DNA from: an uncultured Clostridia bacterium
GTDB lineage: Bacteria > Bacillota > Clostridia > TANB77 > CAG-508
Length of the DNA stretch: 64,000 nt
Reading direction: 5' to 3'
Assembly (NCBI GenBank): GCA_904384245.1
Contig: CAJFJM010000001.1
Location: 21,252 to 85,251, forward strand
Positions 27,550 through 37,152 of the stretch are shown piece after piece; position 1 is the stretch's first letter; the number at the start of each line of letters is the position of its first letter. The translations under genes were made by a program, and so were the position numbers. Below the pieces are notes generated by a model that was not told the origin of the DNA, did not search any database, and saw nothing but the letters and a program-made list of their open reading frames with translations.

Positions 27550-29460
27550 ATGTATGAAAGGAGTGCAATAGTACTAGAGAGATATTTTAATTATTTATTT
27601 GGACTTCAAAAAGAAAAAAACTTAAGCACTAACTATCAAAATTATATTTCACTGGTAGACGAATTAGAAAAATACCAAAATATAATAGACGAAGAAGAAA
27701 AAGTTATCAAAAGTTTTGATGAAGTTGCAACTAAAATACAAGAGATACAAAAGAAACAAGAAAAATTAAGTAATATAAATATAAAACTGGAAGAAGAAAG
27801 AGGCAAATTATTTAATGCCCTTGATGAATCCCCTTCTTTAATAGAAAAAAAATTAGAAAAAATAGAGAGCACCATTGAAAATAATGCACAAGAATTACAA
27901 AATTTAAAAGAAGATTTTATAGATTCTTTAAAAAGCTTTTCAGATAGACAAGTAGAAAGAAATAAATGTTCAAGAACAAAAAGAGTTGTAGAAGCAAATC
28001 ATATATCTTTTATAAAACAAGTAACAGAAGAAATACAAGCAATAGATATATCAGATTTAAAAAAGGTCAAATTATTTTTGACAAATGAAGATACAAAAAT
28101 GCAAGATGAGCTTATAAAAATAATGATGGAAAATGGAAAAAATGAAAAAGTAAAGTTTAATAAAGAAGTCATTCAAAAAGCTGTTATTGCAAGAATAGGT
28201 ATAGCAAAAAAAGAAGCAGAAGGATATTTACTTTCTTATGATAAAATGAGAAGGCTTTTATCAGAAATAGATAATGATACTTTAAAACTTTCAAAATATC
28301 AAAAAGTTTTCAGAGATTTAAGTGTAAAATTTTCTTTTTTGGAAGCAGAAAAGAATTATATTTTTGGCTTTTTAGATAATGAAAGAATGACAGCAATAAA
28401 TGGAGAAAAAATTCATTCTGAAATGATGAAAGAAGCATGCCAAAATTTTGATGTAGATATGGCTCAAATAAAAAATCTATATGAACTAATTTTAAGAGAA
28501 GTAGCAGGGAAATCAACTAAAAAAGCATATAATGAATTATATAATAAAACATATTTAAAAGATATAGAAGATAAAGAAAAGAATTTTGAAGAAGAAGTAA
28601 CACATATGAAGATTCAAGGAACAGTAATAAATTCTAATTACTGGAGAATAGAAGGAATTAAAAATTTGTATGATGTATTCCAAAAAGAAGTAAGCGAAAA
28701 ATTCAATAAAGATTTATCAGAATATAAAATTGAAGAGGAAGAAGAACCCAATACAGATATTGATATTGATTTAGATATATTTGGAGATTCTGATTATGAA
28801 GAAGATTATACAAATGATGTAGATGATGAAGATTTAAAAAATACGAAAGATAAAGAAGATGAAGAAAACGAAAATTATATTGACGACGAAGAAGATGAAT
28901 ATGAATATGAGGAACAATATGATGAGGAAGAAAACGAAGATGATGAAGATTTAGAAGATGAATATAATTCAGAAGAGGATTTAGAAGATGACCTAGAAGA
29001 GGATGACGAAGAAGAATTCGAAGATGAAGAATATGAAGATGAAGAAGATTATGAAGAAGAATATCAAGAATCAGAATATGATGAAGAAGATGAGGATACT
29101 GAAGATGAAGATAATTATGAAGAAGATGAAGAAGATGATGATGAAGATTTAGAAGAAAGTTATGACGAAGAAGATGAAGAAGATTATGACAATAAATATG
29201 AAGAAGATGAAGGGAATGATAGCAGATTCAAAAAAATAACAAATAAAAATTATAAATCTCCAAAATACTATGAAGATGAAGACGAAGAAGACGAGGAAGA
29301 TGAAGATTACGAAGATGATGTAGACATTTATAGAAATAATAGAGTAAATAAAAGAAATAGAGGAAATATTGATGATAGACTAGCAAAATACAAAGAAAAA
29401 ATGAAAGGAGAAAAACAAGCAAAAGGACTTTTAGGATTTTTTAAAGATAGAAAAAGATAA
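27550..29460 (+). CDS. coiled-coil protein with about 250-aa poly-acidic (D/E/Y-rich) C-terminal tract and short basic tail
   Basis: Promoter TTGCAT-17-TATAAT (27488-27516) lies inside the ORF-track start; GGTGGAG RBS 9 nt before ATG 27550; residues about 400-600 are almost entirely D/E/Y. Confidence 0.6.
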   Translation: MYERSAIVLERYFNYLFGLQKEKNLSTNYQNYISLVDELEKYQNIIDEEEKVIKSFDEVATKIQEIQKKQEKLSNINIKLEEERGKLFNALDESPSLIEKKLEKIESTIENNAQELQNLKEDFIDSLKSFSDRQVERNKCSRTKRVVEANHISFIKQVTEEIQAIDISDLKKVKLFLTNEDTKMQDELIKIMMENGKNEKVKFNKEVIQKAVIARIGIAKKEAEGYLLSYDKMRRLLSEIDNDTLKLSKYQKVFRDLSVKFSFLEAEKNYIFGFLDNERMTAINGEKIHSEMMKEACQNFDVDMAQIKNLYELILREVAGKSTKKAYNELYNKTYLKDIEDKEKNFEEEVTHMKIQGTVINSNYWRIEGIKNLYDVFQKEVSEKFNKDLSEYKIEEEEEPNTDIDIDLDIFGDSDYEEDYTNDVDDEDLKNTKDKEDEENENYIDDEEDEYEYEEQYDEEENEDDEDLEDEYNSEEDLEDDLEEDDEEEFEDEEYEDEEDYEEEYQESEYDEEDEDTEDEDNYEEDEEDDDEDLEESYDEEDEEDYDNKYEEDEGNDSRFKKITNKNYKSPKYYEDEDEEDEEDEDYEDDVDIYRNNRVNKRNRGNIDDRLAKYKEKMKGEKQAKGLLGFFKDRKR

Positions 29461-29478
29461 TAAAGGTGGTGAAGTAAT

Positions 29479-30324
29479 ATGACAATAAGACAAGCAATAG
29501 AAAAAGGTGTAATTGAGTTAAAAGTAGCAAATGTAGAAACACCAAAATTAAAAGCAAGATTACTTATGCAATATGTATTAAATAAAACTAGACAATATAT
29601 AATAGTACATGATACAGAGAATTTATTAGAGGTTAAACAAAATGAATATTTTAGATGTATAGATAAACTTAAAAAAGGATATCCAATAGAGCATATTACT
29701 CACCAAAAAGAATTTATGAAACTAAACTTTTTTGTAAATGGAGATGTTTTAATACCAAGGCAAGATACAGAAATATTAGTAGAAGAGGTAATAAAAATTT
29801 CAAAAGAAATGAGAGTAAAAAAAATACTAGATTTATGCACAGGAAGTGGAGCTATTGCAGTTTCTCTTGCCAAATACCTTAGTGATGTTGAAATAACAGC
29901 AATAGATATTAGTCATAAAGCAATTAAAACAGCAAAAAAGAATGCAGTATTTCATAAGGTAGAAGATAGAATTACTTTTTTGGAATCTGATTTATTTGAA
30001 AACTTAAAAAATCAAAAGTATGATTTAATTGTTTCAAACCCACCATATATAAAAAAAGATTTAATAAAAAAATTAGATAAACAGGTTCAAAAAGAACCAT
30101 ATATTGCATTAGATGGAGGATATGATGGACTAGATTTTTATAGAAAAATTATTAAAAATGCATATGAATATTTAAAATATGGAGGGTATTTATGTTTAGA
30201 AATAGGTTATGATCAAAAAGATGATGTAATAGATTTAATAAATAAGGAACATCAATATTCTAAAACATATGTAAAAAAAGATTTATGTAATAATGATAGA
30301 GTTGTTATTACAAGAGTTTTGTAA
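29479..30324 (+). CDS. prmC: release-factor glutamine N5-methyltransferase PrmC/HemK
   Basis: NPPY motif (VSNPPYI), SAM motif DLCTGSGAIA. Confidence 0.9.
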   Translation: MTIRQAIEKGVIELKVANVETPKLKARLLMQYVLNKTRQYIIVHDTENLLEVKQNEYFRCIDKLKKGYPIEHITHQKEFMKLNFFVNGDVLIPRQDTEILVEEVIKISKEMRVKKILDLCTGSGAIAVSLAKYLSDVEITAIDISHKAIKTAKKNAVFHKVEDRITFLESDLFENLKNQKYDLIVSNPPYIKKDLIKKLDKQVQKEPYIALDGGYDGLDFYRKIIKNAYEYLKYGGYLCLEIGYDQKDDVIDLINKEHQYSKTYVKKDLCNNDRVVITRVL

Positions 30325-30474
30325 GAAAATTGTTGTAAGATAGATAAAAAGAAAATAATATTGTTTTTTAAATAGGAATGGTTAATCACGAGAGCTTAGA
30401 AAATGAAAATGGCAAGTTTTATCTTGCCATATTAAGATATAATAAAATATTTTAAAATTAAAGAAGGGATAAAA

Positions 30475-31386
30475 ATGTCATTTTCATCAGATATAAAAAA
30501 GGAATTGGGAAAAATAAACAATTTATCAAATAAAGTTCAAGTTTTGTATGAGCTAATAGGATATCTTATTACATATAATACAAAAATAATAAATAAAAAA
30601 ACATTAAGATTTGCAACAGAAAGTGATTATAATATAAACAGATTTTCTAAATTATTAGAGAATTTAAAAATAGAGCATAATATAGAAATGGAAGGAAATC
30701 TTTTTGTAATAAGTTTTAAATTAAAAGATATATCACAAAAATTAAAAGACATATCACAAGACTTTTTAGAAGAAAGTACATTAACATTGAATAACGATTT
30801 TGATAAATTAGAATTAAGCGAAGAAGAAATAAAGTCGCTTGTAAGAGGTTGTTTCTTAGGTTCTGGATCTGTAAATAATCCAGATATAAATTATCATTTA
30901 GAAATTACTTTTTCACAAATAATAAATATGAAAAAAATACAAAATCTTATTGAGCAAAAAGGAATTAAAGTAAAAATATTAGAAAAAGAAAATAGATATT
31001 CAATATATATTAAAGAAGCGGAAGAAATTTCAAGATTACTTGCTTTAATGGGAGCAAACAAAGGTGTTTTAAAATTTGAAGAAATAAGAATTCAAAGAGA
31101 AATGAGAGGAAAAGTAAATAGAATAGTAAATTGTGAAACTGCAAATTTAAACAAAACGATAAATGCAGCAGTACAACAAATTGAAGCAATAAAAAAATTA
31201 AAAGAACAAGGTAAATTTGGAAAGCTAAATGATAATTTAAAAGAAATAGCAAATTTAAGACTAAAAAATCCGGACATATCTTATGAAGAATTAGGAAACA
31301 TGCTAAAAAATCCTGTAGGAAAATCAGGAGTGAATTATAGACTAAAAAAAATAATAGAAATAGCACAAGAAGGAGAAGAAAAATAA
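30475..31386 (+). CDS. whiA: DNA-binding sporulation/cell-division regulator WhiA
   Basis: 303 aa; degenerate LAGLIDADG-like domains (RGCFLGSGSV) and C-terminal HTH (…LRLKNPDISYEELGNML…). Confidence 0.8.
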   Translation: MSFSSDIKKELGKINNLSNKVQVLYELIGYLITYNTKIINKKTLRFATESDYNINRFSKLLENLKIEHNIEMEGNLFVISFKLKDISQKLKDISQDFLEESTLTLNNDFDKLELSEEEIKSLVRGCFLGSGSVNNPDINYHLEITFSQIINMKKIQNLIEQKGIKVKILEKENRYSIYIKEAEEISRLLALMGANKGVLKFEEIRIQREMRGKVNRIVNCETANLNKTINAAVQQIEAIKKLKEQGKFGKLNDNLKEIANLRLKNPDISYEELGNMLKNPVGKSGVNYRLKKIIEIAQEGEEK

Positions 31387-32759
31387 TGAAAAAAGAGTTA
31401 GGCATATATTTGCATATTCCTTTTTGTAAGAAAAAATGTTATTATTGTGATTTTGTATCATATGCAGATAAATTATTATACCAAGAAAGATATATAAATG
31501 CATTACTTTTAGAAATAGAATCACAAAAAGACATATTAAAAGAAAGTAATATAACTACAATATATATAGGAGGAGGAACACCTTCTATTATAGATGTAAA
31601 ATATATAAAATTAGTTATAAATAAATTGAATGAAATATTAAATTTTAATAATTCAAACATAGAAATAGATAAATCTAATTTATTAGATAATAATGAAAGA
31701 GATTTATTAAATAATAATGAGAAAGACTTATTAAATATAGAAAATTTAAATTTGATAAAAAAGCCTATAGAAATAACAATAGAATTAAATCCAGGAACAG
31801 TAACAAAAGAAAAATTAGAGCAATACTATAATTTAGGAATAAATAGGCTAAGTATAGGGCTTCAATCTACACAAGATAAACTATTAAAACAAATAGGAAG
31901 AATACATACATATAGTGAATTTCTTCAAACCTATAAATTAGCAAGAGAAATAGGTTTTAAAAATATAAATATAGATTTAATGATAGGCTTACCAAATCAA
32001 AGTATAGAAGATATAAAAGAAACAGTAGAAAATATAATCAATTTAAATCCAGAACATATTTCTGTATATTCTTTAATAGTAGAACAAGGAACAAAAATTG
32101 CAGAACTAATAGATTCTGGAGATTTAAAATTACCAGATGAAGACCTAGAAAGAATGGAATACTCATATGTAAAAAACAAATTAGAACTTGCAGGTTTTAA
32201 CCAATATGAGATATCTAATTTTGCAAAAGAAAATTATTATTCAAAACATAATGTAAATTGTTGGAAACAAAAAGAATATATAGGTTTTGGAATTTCAGCA
32301 CATTCATATTTTGAAAATATAAGATTTTCAAATACAGAAGATTTTAACAAATATATAGATTCAGGATATTCAGACTTTGAAAAATTTAATATAAAAAATT
32401 TATTAAAAAATATTAACTGTAGTGAATTAGAAGAAGAAACGATTATTGAAAATCAAGAACTTAGTAGAGCGAAAATTATTAAGTATATTGAATTAGAAAG
32501 TAAAGGATTAAAAACAATACATGAAATACAAACAACAGAAGAAAAGCAAAAAGAATATATGTTACTGGGATTAAGAATGCTAGAAGGTGTTTCAATATCT
32601 GAATTTAAGCAAAAGTTTGGCGAAAATCCAATATATTTATTTAGAGAAAGTTTAAGCAAATTGGTAGAAGAAGAATTAATAAAAATAGATTTGGATAATA
32701 TTTTTCTAACAAGAAAAGGATTAGATTTAGCAAATTTAGTTTGGGAAGAATTTGTTTAA
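31386..32759 (+). CDS. hemW: radical SAM heme chaperone HemW (HemN-like)
   Basis: LHIPFCKKKCYYCDF CxxxCxxC motif, HemN C-terminal domain; overlaps the whiA stop by 1 nt. Confidence 0.85.
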   Translation: MKKELGIYLHIPFCKKKCYYCDFVSYADKLLYQERYINALLLEIESQKDILKESNITTIYIGGGTPSIIDVKYIKLVINKLNEILNFNNSNIEIDKSNLLDNNERDLLNNNEKDLLNIENLNLIKKPIEITIELNPGTVTKEKLEQYYNLGINRLSIGLQSTQDKLLKQIGRIHTYSEFLQTYKLAREIGFKNINIDLMIGLPNQSIEDIKETVENIINLNPEHISVYSLIVEQGTKIAELIDSGDLKLPDEDLERMEYSYVKNKLELAGFNQYEISNFAKENYYSKHNVNCWKQKEYIGFGISAHSYFENIRFSNTEDFNKYIDSGYSDFEKFNIKNLLKNINCSELEEETIIENQELSRAKIIKYIELESKGLKTIHEIQTTEEKQKEYMLLGLRMLEGVSISEFKQKFGENPIYLFRESLSKLVEEELIKIDLDNIFLTRKGLDLANLVWEEFV

Positions 32760-32830
32760 AATCCCTTTTCTTAGGTTTATAGGTAAAACCATAAACAAAA
32801 AACCTAAATAAAAATAAGGAAAAATAAACA

Positions 32831-34117
32831 ATGGATAAAAAATTAGAATGGAGAAGATTAGATAATTCAGCTAAAATCTTTCCCATATCAGCTGGAAAAA
32901 AGTACAGTACAGTATTTAGATTATCTGTAGTACTAAAAGAAAAAGTAAATGCAAATATTTTAAAAGAAGCAGTAAAAATTGCTTTAAATAAATATAAATA
33001 TTTTAAAGTAAGGATGAAAGAAGGATTTTTTTGGAACTATTTTGAATATAATCCAAAAGAACCAATAATAGAACAAGAACAAGAATATCCATGTAAATAT
33101 ATAGATCCTAATAAAAATAATCAATATTTATTTAAAGTAACATATTTTAACTGTAAAATTAACATAGACATTTTTCATTCTTTAACAGACGGAAATAGTG
33201 GAGTAGTATTTTTTAGAGAAATAATATATGATTATCTAGAACTATCTTATCCAGAAGTTTTTCAAGAAGAATTAAGAAAAATAAGAAAAGTAGATATATC
33301 TTCAGAAGATAGTTATATAAAAAATTATGATAAAAAATCTAAAAATCATATTCAATCTAAAAAAGCATATAAATTATATGGAAAAAAAATAAAATTAGGA
33401 GCAATTTCTGCAATTCATGAAATAATAGAACTAGATAAACTAAAAGAAGAATGCAAAAAAAATGATGCAACTATTACTCAATATTTAACAGCTGTTTTAA
33501 TATATAGTATATATACTGAAAATTATTTAAAACACAAAGGAAAAAGACCAATTAAAGTATGTATACCAATAAACTTAAAAAAATATTTCCCATCTAATAC
33601 AATTTCTAATTTCTTTTCATATATGACAGTGGAAGCAGAAATGAAAAAAGACAATTTAACAGATTTTGAAAAAATATTAGAATTTGTAAAACAAGAATTT
33701 AAGAAAAAATTAACACAAGAAGAAATTCAAAACACAATGTCAAATAATGTAAAACTAGGAATAAATCCATTTATAAAAACAATACCACTATTCCTAAAAA
33801 AGCCAATAGTAAGATTAAGTTATATAGAAATAAGAAAATATACAACAACAACATTTTCTAATATAGGAAGAATAGGTATAATAGGAAAATACAAAGACTA
33901 TATAGAGGAATTTTTAATGCTAATTGCTCCAGAGCCAGTAGAAAAAATAAAATGTTCAGCATGTTCATTTGAAAACAAAATAGTTTTTACATTTACATCT
34001 ATATTAGATGATGCAAAAATAGAAAAAAGATTTTTTGAATTTTTACAAGGAAAAGGTATTCCAGTAAAAATAGAAAGTAATGGTGTTTTAGATGTTATAT
34101 CCACAAAAATTAAGTAG
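32831..34117 (+). CDS. putative acyltransferase of the condensation/WS-DGAT/AATase-like superfamily
   Basis: 428 aa; HSLTDGNSG (HxxxDG) catalytic-type motif about 115 aa from the N-terminus. Confidence 0.4.
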   Translation: MDKKLEWRRLDNSAKIFPISAGKKYSTVFRLSVVLKEKVNANILKEAVKIALNKYKYFKVRMKEGFFWNYFEYNPKEPIIEQEQEYPCKYIDPNKNNQYLFKVTYFNCKINIDIFHSLTDGNSGVVFFREIIYDYLELSYPEVFQEELRKIRKVDISSEDSYIKNYDKKSKNHIQSKKAYKLYGKKIKLGAISAIHEIIELDKLKEECKKNDATITQYLTAVLIYSIYTENYLKHKGKRPIKVCIPINLKKYFPSNTISNFFSYMTVEAEMKKDNLTDFEKILEFVKQEFKKKLTQEEIQNTMSNNVKLGINPFIKTIPLFLKKPIVRLSYIEIRKYTTTTFSNIGRIGIIGKYKDYIEEFLMLIAPEPVEKIKCSACSFENKIVFTFTSILDDAKIEKRFFEFLQGKGIPVKIESNGVLDVISTKIK

Positions 34118-34655
34118 TAAAAAAAGTAATTTAATAATAAAAAGTTTGCTCATAGTTTCAATAATTATAGCAATATTATTAGTTATAATTAACAAATTAA
34201 CAACTCCAGAAATACACTGGGCAGCTTTAGCAAATAGTGGTATAATTTATACATGGCTTACAGTATTATATTCAATAAATAAAAATACAAATATAGCAGC
34301 ACATGTTATGATTCAAACAATTGCAATATCAATATTAACAACATTTATAGATTATAGAATAGGATTTAAAGGTTGGTCATTAGAAATAGCTATTCCAATT
34401 ATTTTAATAATAGCAAATGTAACAATGCTTATTTTAACAATAGTAAGTCATAGAAAATACATAAGATATGCAATATATCAGTTAATTATATGTATATTTA
34501 GTTTATTACCATTATATTTTATTTATGAGAAATTTATATATCAAAATGTATTAAGTTATATAGCAGTAGGAATATCAATTCTAAATTTTTTAATAACAAT
34601 ATTATTATGTGCAAGAGATGTAAAAGAAGTAATAATAAGGAAATTCCATGTTTGA
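34092..34655 (+). CDS. small polytopic membrane protein (about 5 TM), unknown function
   Basis: 187 aa, hydrophobic helices; overlaps the upstream gene by 26 nt. Confidence 0.4.
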   Translation: MLYPQKLSSKKSNLIIKSLLIVSIIIAILLVIINKLTTPEIHWAALANSGIIYTWLTVLYSINKNTNIAAHVMIQTIAISILTTFIDYRIGFKGWSLEIAIPIILIIANVTMLILTIVSHRKYIRYAIYQLIICIFSLLPLYFIYEKFIYQNVLSYIAVGISILNFLITILLCARDVKEVIIRKFHV

Positions 34656-34662
34656 TTTTCCT

Positions 34663-34758
34663 CGGATAATGGGGACACGCCATTTCGTCCGAATCGGATA
34701 ATGGGGACAGGCTGTTTTATCCGAATCGGATAATAGAGACGCGCCATTTTCTCAGAAA
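34663..34758. repeat. perfectly periodic 32-bp tandem repeat x3 (TCGGATAATGGGGACACGCCATTTCGTCCGAA-like)
   Basis: Units at 34663, 34695, 34727; unit junctions form TTATCCG-AAT-CGGATAA palindromes; begins 8 nt after the stop of the upstream gene. Confidence 0.85.
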
Positions 34759-34818
34759 ACTAAAATATTAGATGGATTTACTTAGTTAGAATTTAAAAAG
34801 AAATTTAGGTGATAATAT

Positions 34819-34992
34819 ATGTCAAATAATAAAACAGGACTTATATTAGTAAAAGATACAAAATTTGATAAAATAAGAAGAAAATTGTTGATGTTTTTTT
34901 GGGGAAAGGATTATAAGATAATAGAAGAGTTTCAATCTATAATTCAGGTAAAAAGACCAAAAAATATAATAATTCCCAAAGAAATAAAGTGA
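34819..34992 (+). CDS. possible 57-aa small ORF between the two repeat sets
   Basis: AGGTGA RBS 7 nt before ATG 34819; MSNNKTGLILVKDTKFDKIRRKLLMFFWGKDYKIIEEFQSIIQVKRPKNIIIPKEIK; its stop overlaps the start of the next repeat. Confidence 0.25.
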   Translation: MSNNKTGLILVKDTKFDKIRRKLLMFFWGKDYKIIEEFQSIIQVKRPKNIIIPKEIK

Positions 34993-35150
34993 ACGATAGG
35001 GACACGCCATTTTGTTTCCGTTCTTACTAGGAGTGGCTTTTAGCTGTTAGTATTTATACTTTTTGAGATGAACGTTAGGGACATGCCATTTTGTTCACGA
35101 TTTTGCTATGAGTGGCTTTCAGCTGTCAGCTTTCACTGCTTTTTTGAGAT
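34990..35150. repeat. about 80-bp tandem repeat x2 sharing the GGGACAYGCCATTTTGT core, each ending in CTTTTTTGAGAT
   Basis: Unit A 34990-35068 and unit B 35070-35150 (about 75% identical); each contains AGTGGCTTT(T/C)AGCTGT(T/C)AG. Confidence 0.75.
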
Positions 35151-35397
35151 ACTTTTTAAGGATACACCTTAAAAATTCGAATATAGAACAAAGAGTAGTT
35201 TTTAACTAATACGAAAAATAAATGAGTAATGGAGAAGGTTAAAAAATAATTATAATTTTGACTGTGTTAAATTTTATTTAAAACGTGGTTACATACAATG
35301 TATGAGTATGTCTTTACTTTTTAAATATAATTTTCCTTGCCAAAATTTAAATCTTAAAAAACCAAATTTGTGCGTTTGGAAAGGAATGAATTAAAAA

Positions 35398-36423
35398 ATG
35401 AAAAATATAAAGGATTATACATTAGAAGAATTAAAAGAAGAAGTGAAAAATCTTGGAGAAAAGCCATTTAGAGCAGAGCAGATTTTTAAATGGCTATATG
35501 AAGACAAGGTTTTATCATTTGATGATATGACAAATTTATCAATTGATTTAAGAAACAAATTGAAAGAAATATATGAAATCAAACAATTTAAGATTTTAAA
35601 GAAACAAGTAGCTTCAGATGGTACTAAAAAATATTTGTTTGATTTATTAGACGGAAATGCCATAGAGACAGTTTTAATGCAATATCATCATGGATATAGT
35701 TTATGTGTTTCATCACAGGTTGGTTGTAAAATGGGTTGTAAATTTTGTGCATCTACAGGGATACCATTTGTAAGAAATTTAACTACAGGTGAGATTTTGG
35801 AACAAATAATGGCAGTAGAAAGAGATGAGAATATCCGTATTTCAAATGTAGTATTTATGGGAATAGGTGAACCATTAGATAATTATGATAATGTAGTAAA
35901 AGCTATACATTTGATAAATAATCCAAAATGTTTAAATATAGGAGCAAGACATATTAGTATTTCTACAAGTGGATTAGTTCCTAAAATATATAAATTAGCA
36001 GAAGAAAATATACAATGTACATTATCTATATCTTTACATGCAACAACAAACGAGCAGAGAAGCAAAATGATGCCAGTTAATAATACATATCATATAGAAG
36101 AATTGTTACAGGCATGTAAGGATTACATAGAAAAAACTAATCGTAGAATTTCTTTTGAATATGCATTGGCAAAAGAAAATAATGATAATTTAGAAGATGC
36201 TAAAAGATTAGTAAAATTATTAAAAGGAATGTTATGCCATGTTAATTTAATACCAATAAATAAAATAGAAAATGGTGAATTTACAAAAAGTTCAAATGAA
36301 AATATAATAAAATTTAGAGATTATTTAAATGAACATGGAATTGTTGCAACAATTAGAAGAGAACTAGGTTCAGATATAGATGCAGCTTGTGGACAACTAA
36401 GAAGAAAAAATTTACATGAATAA
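35398..36423 (+). CDS. rlmN: 23S rRNA (A2503-C2)/tRNA methyltransferase RlmN
   Basis: radical SAM CKMGCKFCAS, typical RlmN length and N-terminus. Confidence 0.9.
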   Translation: MKNIKDYTLEELKEEVKNLGEKPFRAEQIFKWLYEDKVLSFDDMTNLSIDLRNKLKEIYEIKQFKILKKQVASDGTKKYLFDLLDGNAIETVLMQYHHGYSLCVSSQVGCKMGCKFCASTGIPFVRNLTTGEILEQIMAVERDENIRISNVVFMGIGEPLDNYDNVVKAIHLINNPKCLNIGARHISISTSGLVPKIYKLAEENIQCTLSISLHATTNEQRSKMMPVNNTYHIEELLQACKDYIEKTNRRISFEYALAKENNDNLEDAKRLVKLLKGMLCHVNLIPINKIENGEFTKSSNENIIKFRDYLNEHGIVATIRRELGSDIDAACGQLRRKNLHE

Positions 36424-36604
36424 TATTATTACAAATATAATGTTGATTTTGATTGTTATCCTATAATATTTTAGCTTATAAAATAAGCTTTAACATGAAT
36501 AATGGTTGATAAAACAGTCAAAACAATATTGACATAATATCACAAACTATGATAATATTATATATAGTAAATAAATTTAAAAACTTTCTTTAGGAGGAAT
36601 GTAA

Positions 36605-37045
36605 ATGCGGAAAATAAAAAGAATAGACGGATTTAAACCAATGGATTGGAATCTGGAATGTAGTTGTTATGATTATGCAATAAATTATCCAGAGCCGATT
36701 AACTATGTAGGGGAATTTTCAGGATTTTCTGGTGAACAAGAAAGCTATACTAATGAGGAATTATTTGAACGGCTTTTTTGTGACATGAAATGTTTAGGTA
36801 TAAAGATAAGAAAAGCTAAATATAATACAAAATGTCGTAAAAGAGAGTGGAAAATAGCACTATTTGTTCAAAAAGAAGATTATGATTATCATTTTATGAG
36901 AGAAGATTCCCACAACAGTTGGTCACATAAGTTTAGAGATGAATATCCAAAAAGAACAGATTTTAAGGGGAAAAAAATTATAGACCCTAGAATAGCAGAT
37001 ATAGGTGAATATGAGTTTGTTTGTTTTTTTATTTTAAAAGTATGA
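36605..37045 (+). CDS. hypothetical Cys-rich protein
   Basis: 146 aa; AGGAGG RBS 7 nt before ATG; no recognisable family. Confidence 0.4.
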   Translation: MRKIKRIDGFKPMDWNLECSCYDYAINYPEPINYVGEFSGFSGEQESYTNEELFERLFCDMKCLGIKIRKAKYNTKCRKREWKIALFVQKEDYDYHFMREDSHNSWSHKFRDEYPKRTDFKGKKIIDPRIADIGEYEFVCFFILKV

Positions 37046-37152
37046 AAATTATAAAGAAAGTTGATTTTAAAATGGAGTTTAAAGTAAGAACTTCAAAAAG
37101 TAAAAAATCCAGCTCTTATTGAGCTGGATTTTTTGCTTTTTATTTTTGTTGT

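Noticed and set aside
28700-29300. Apparent DNA repeat (GAAGAAGATGA…) region
   Set aside because: It is the coding low-complexity poly-D/E tract of the 27550 ORF, in frame, not a non-coding satellite.
34663-34758. Possible CRISPR array
   Set aside because: The 32-bp units are directly contiguous with no spacers, and no cas genes are nearby; it is a tandem repeat, not CRISPR.
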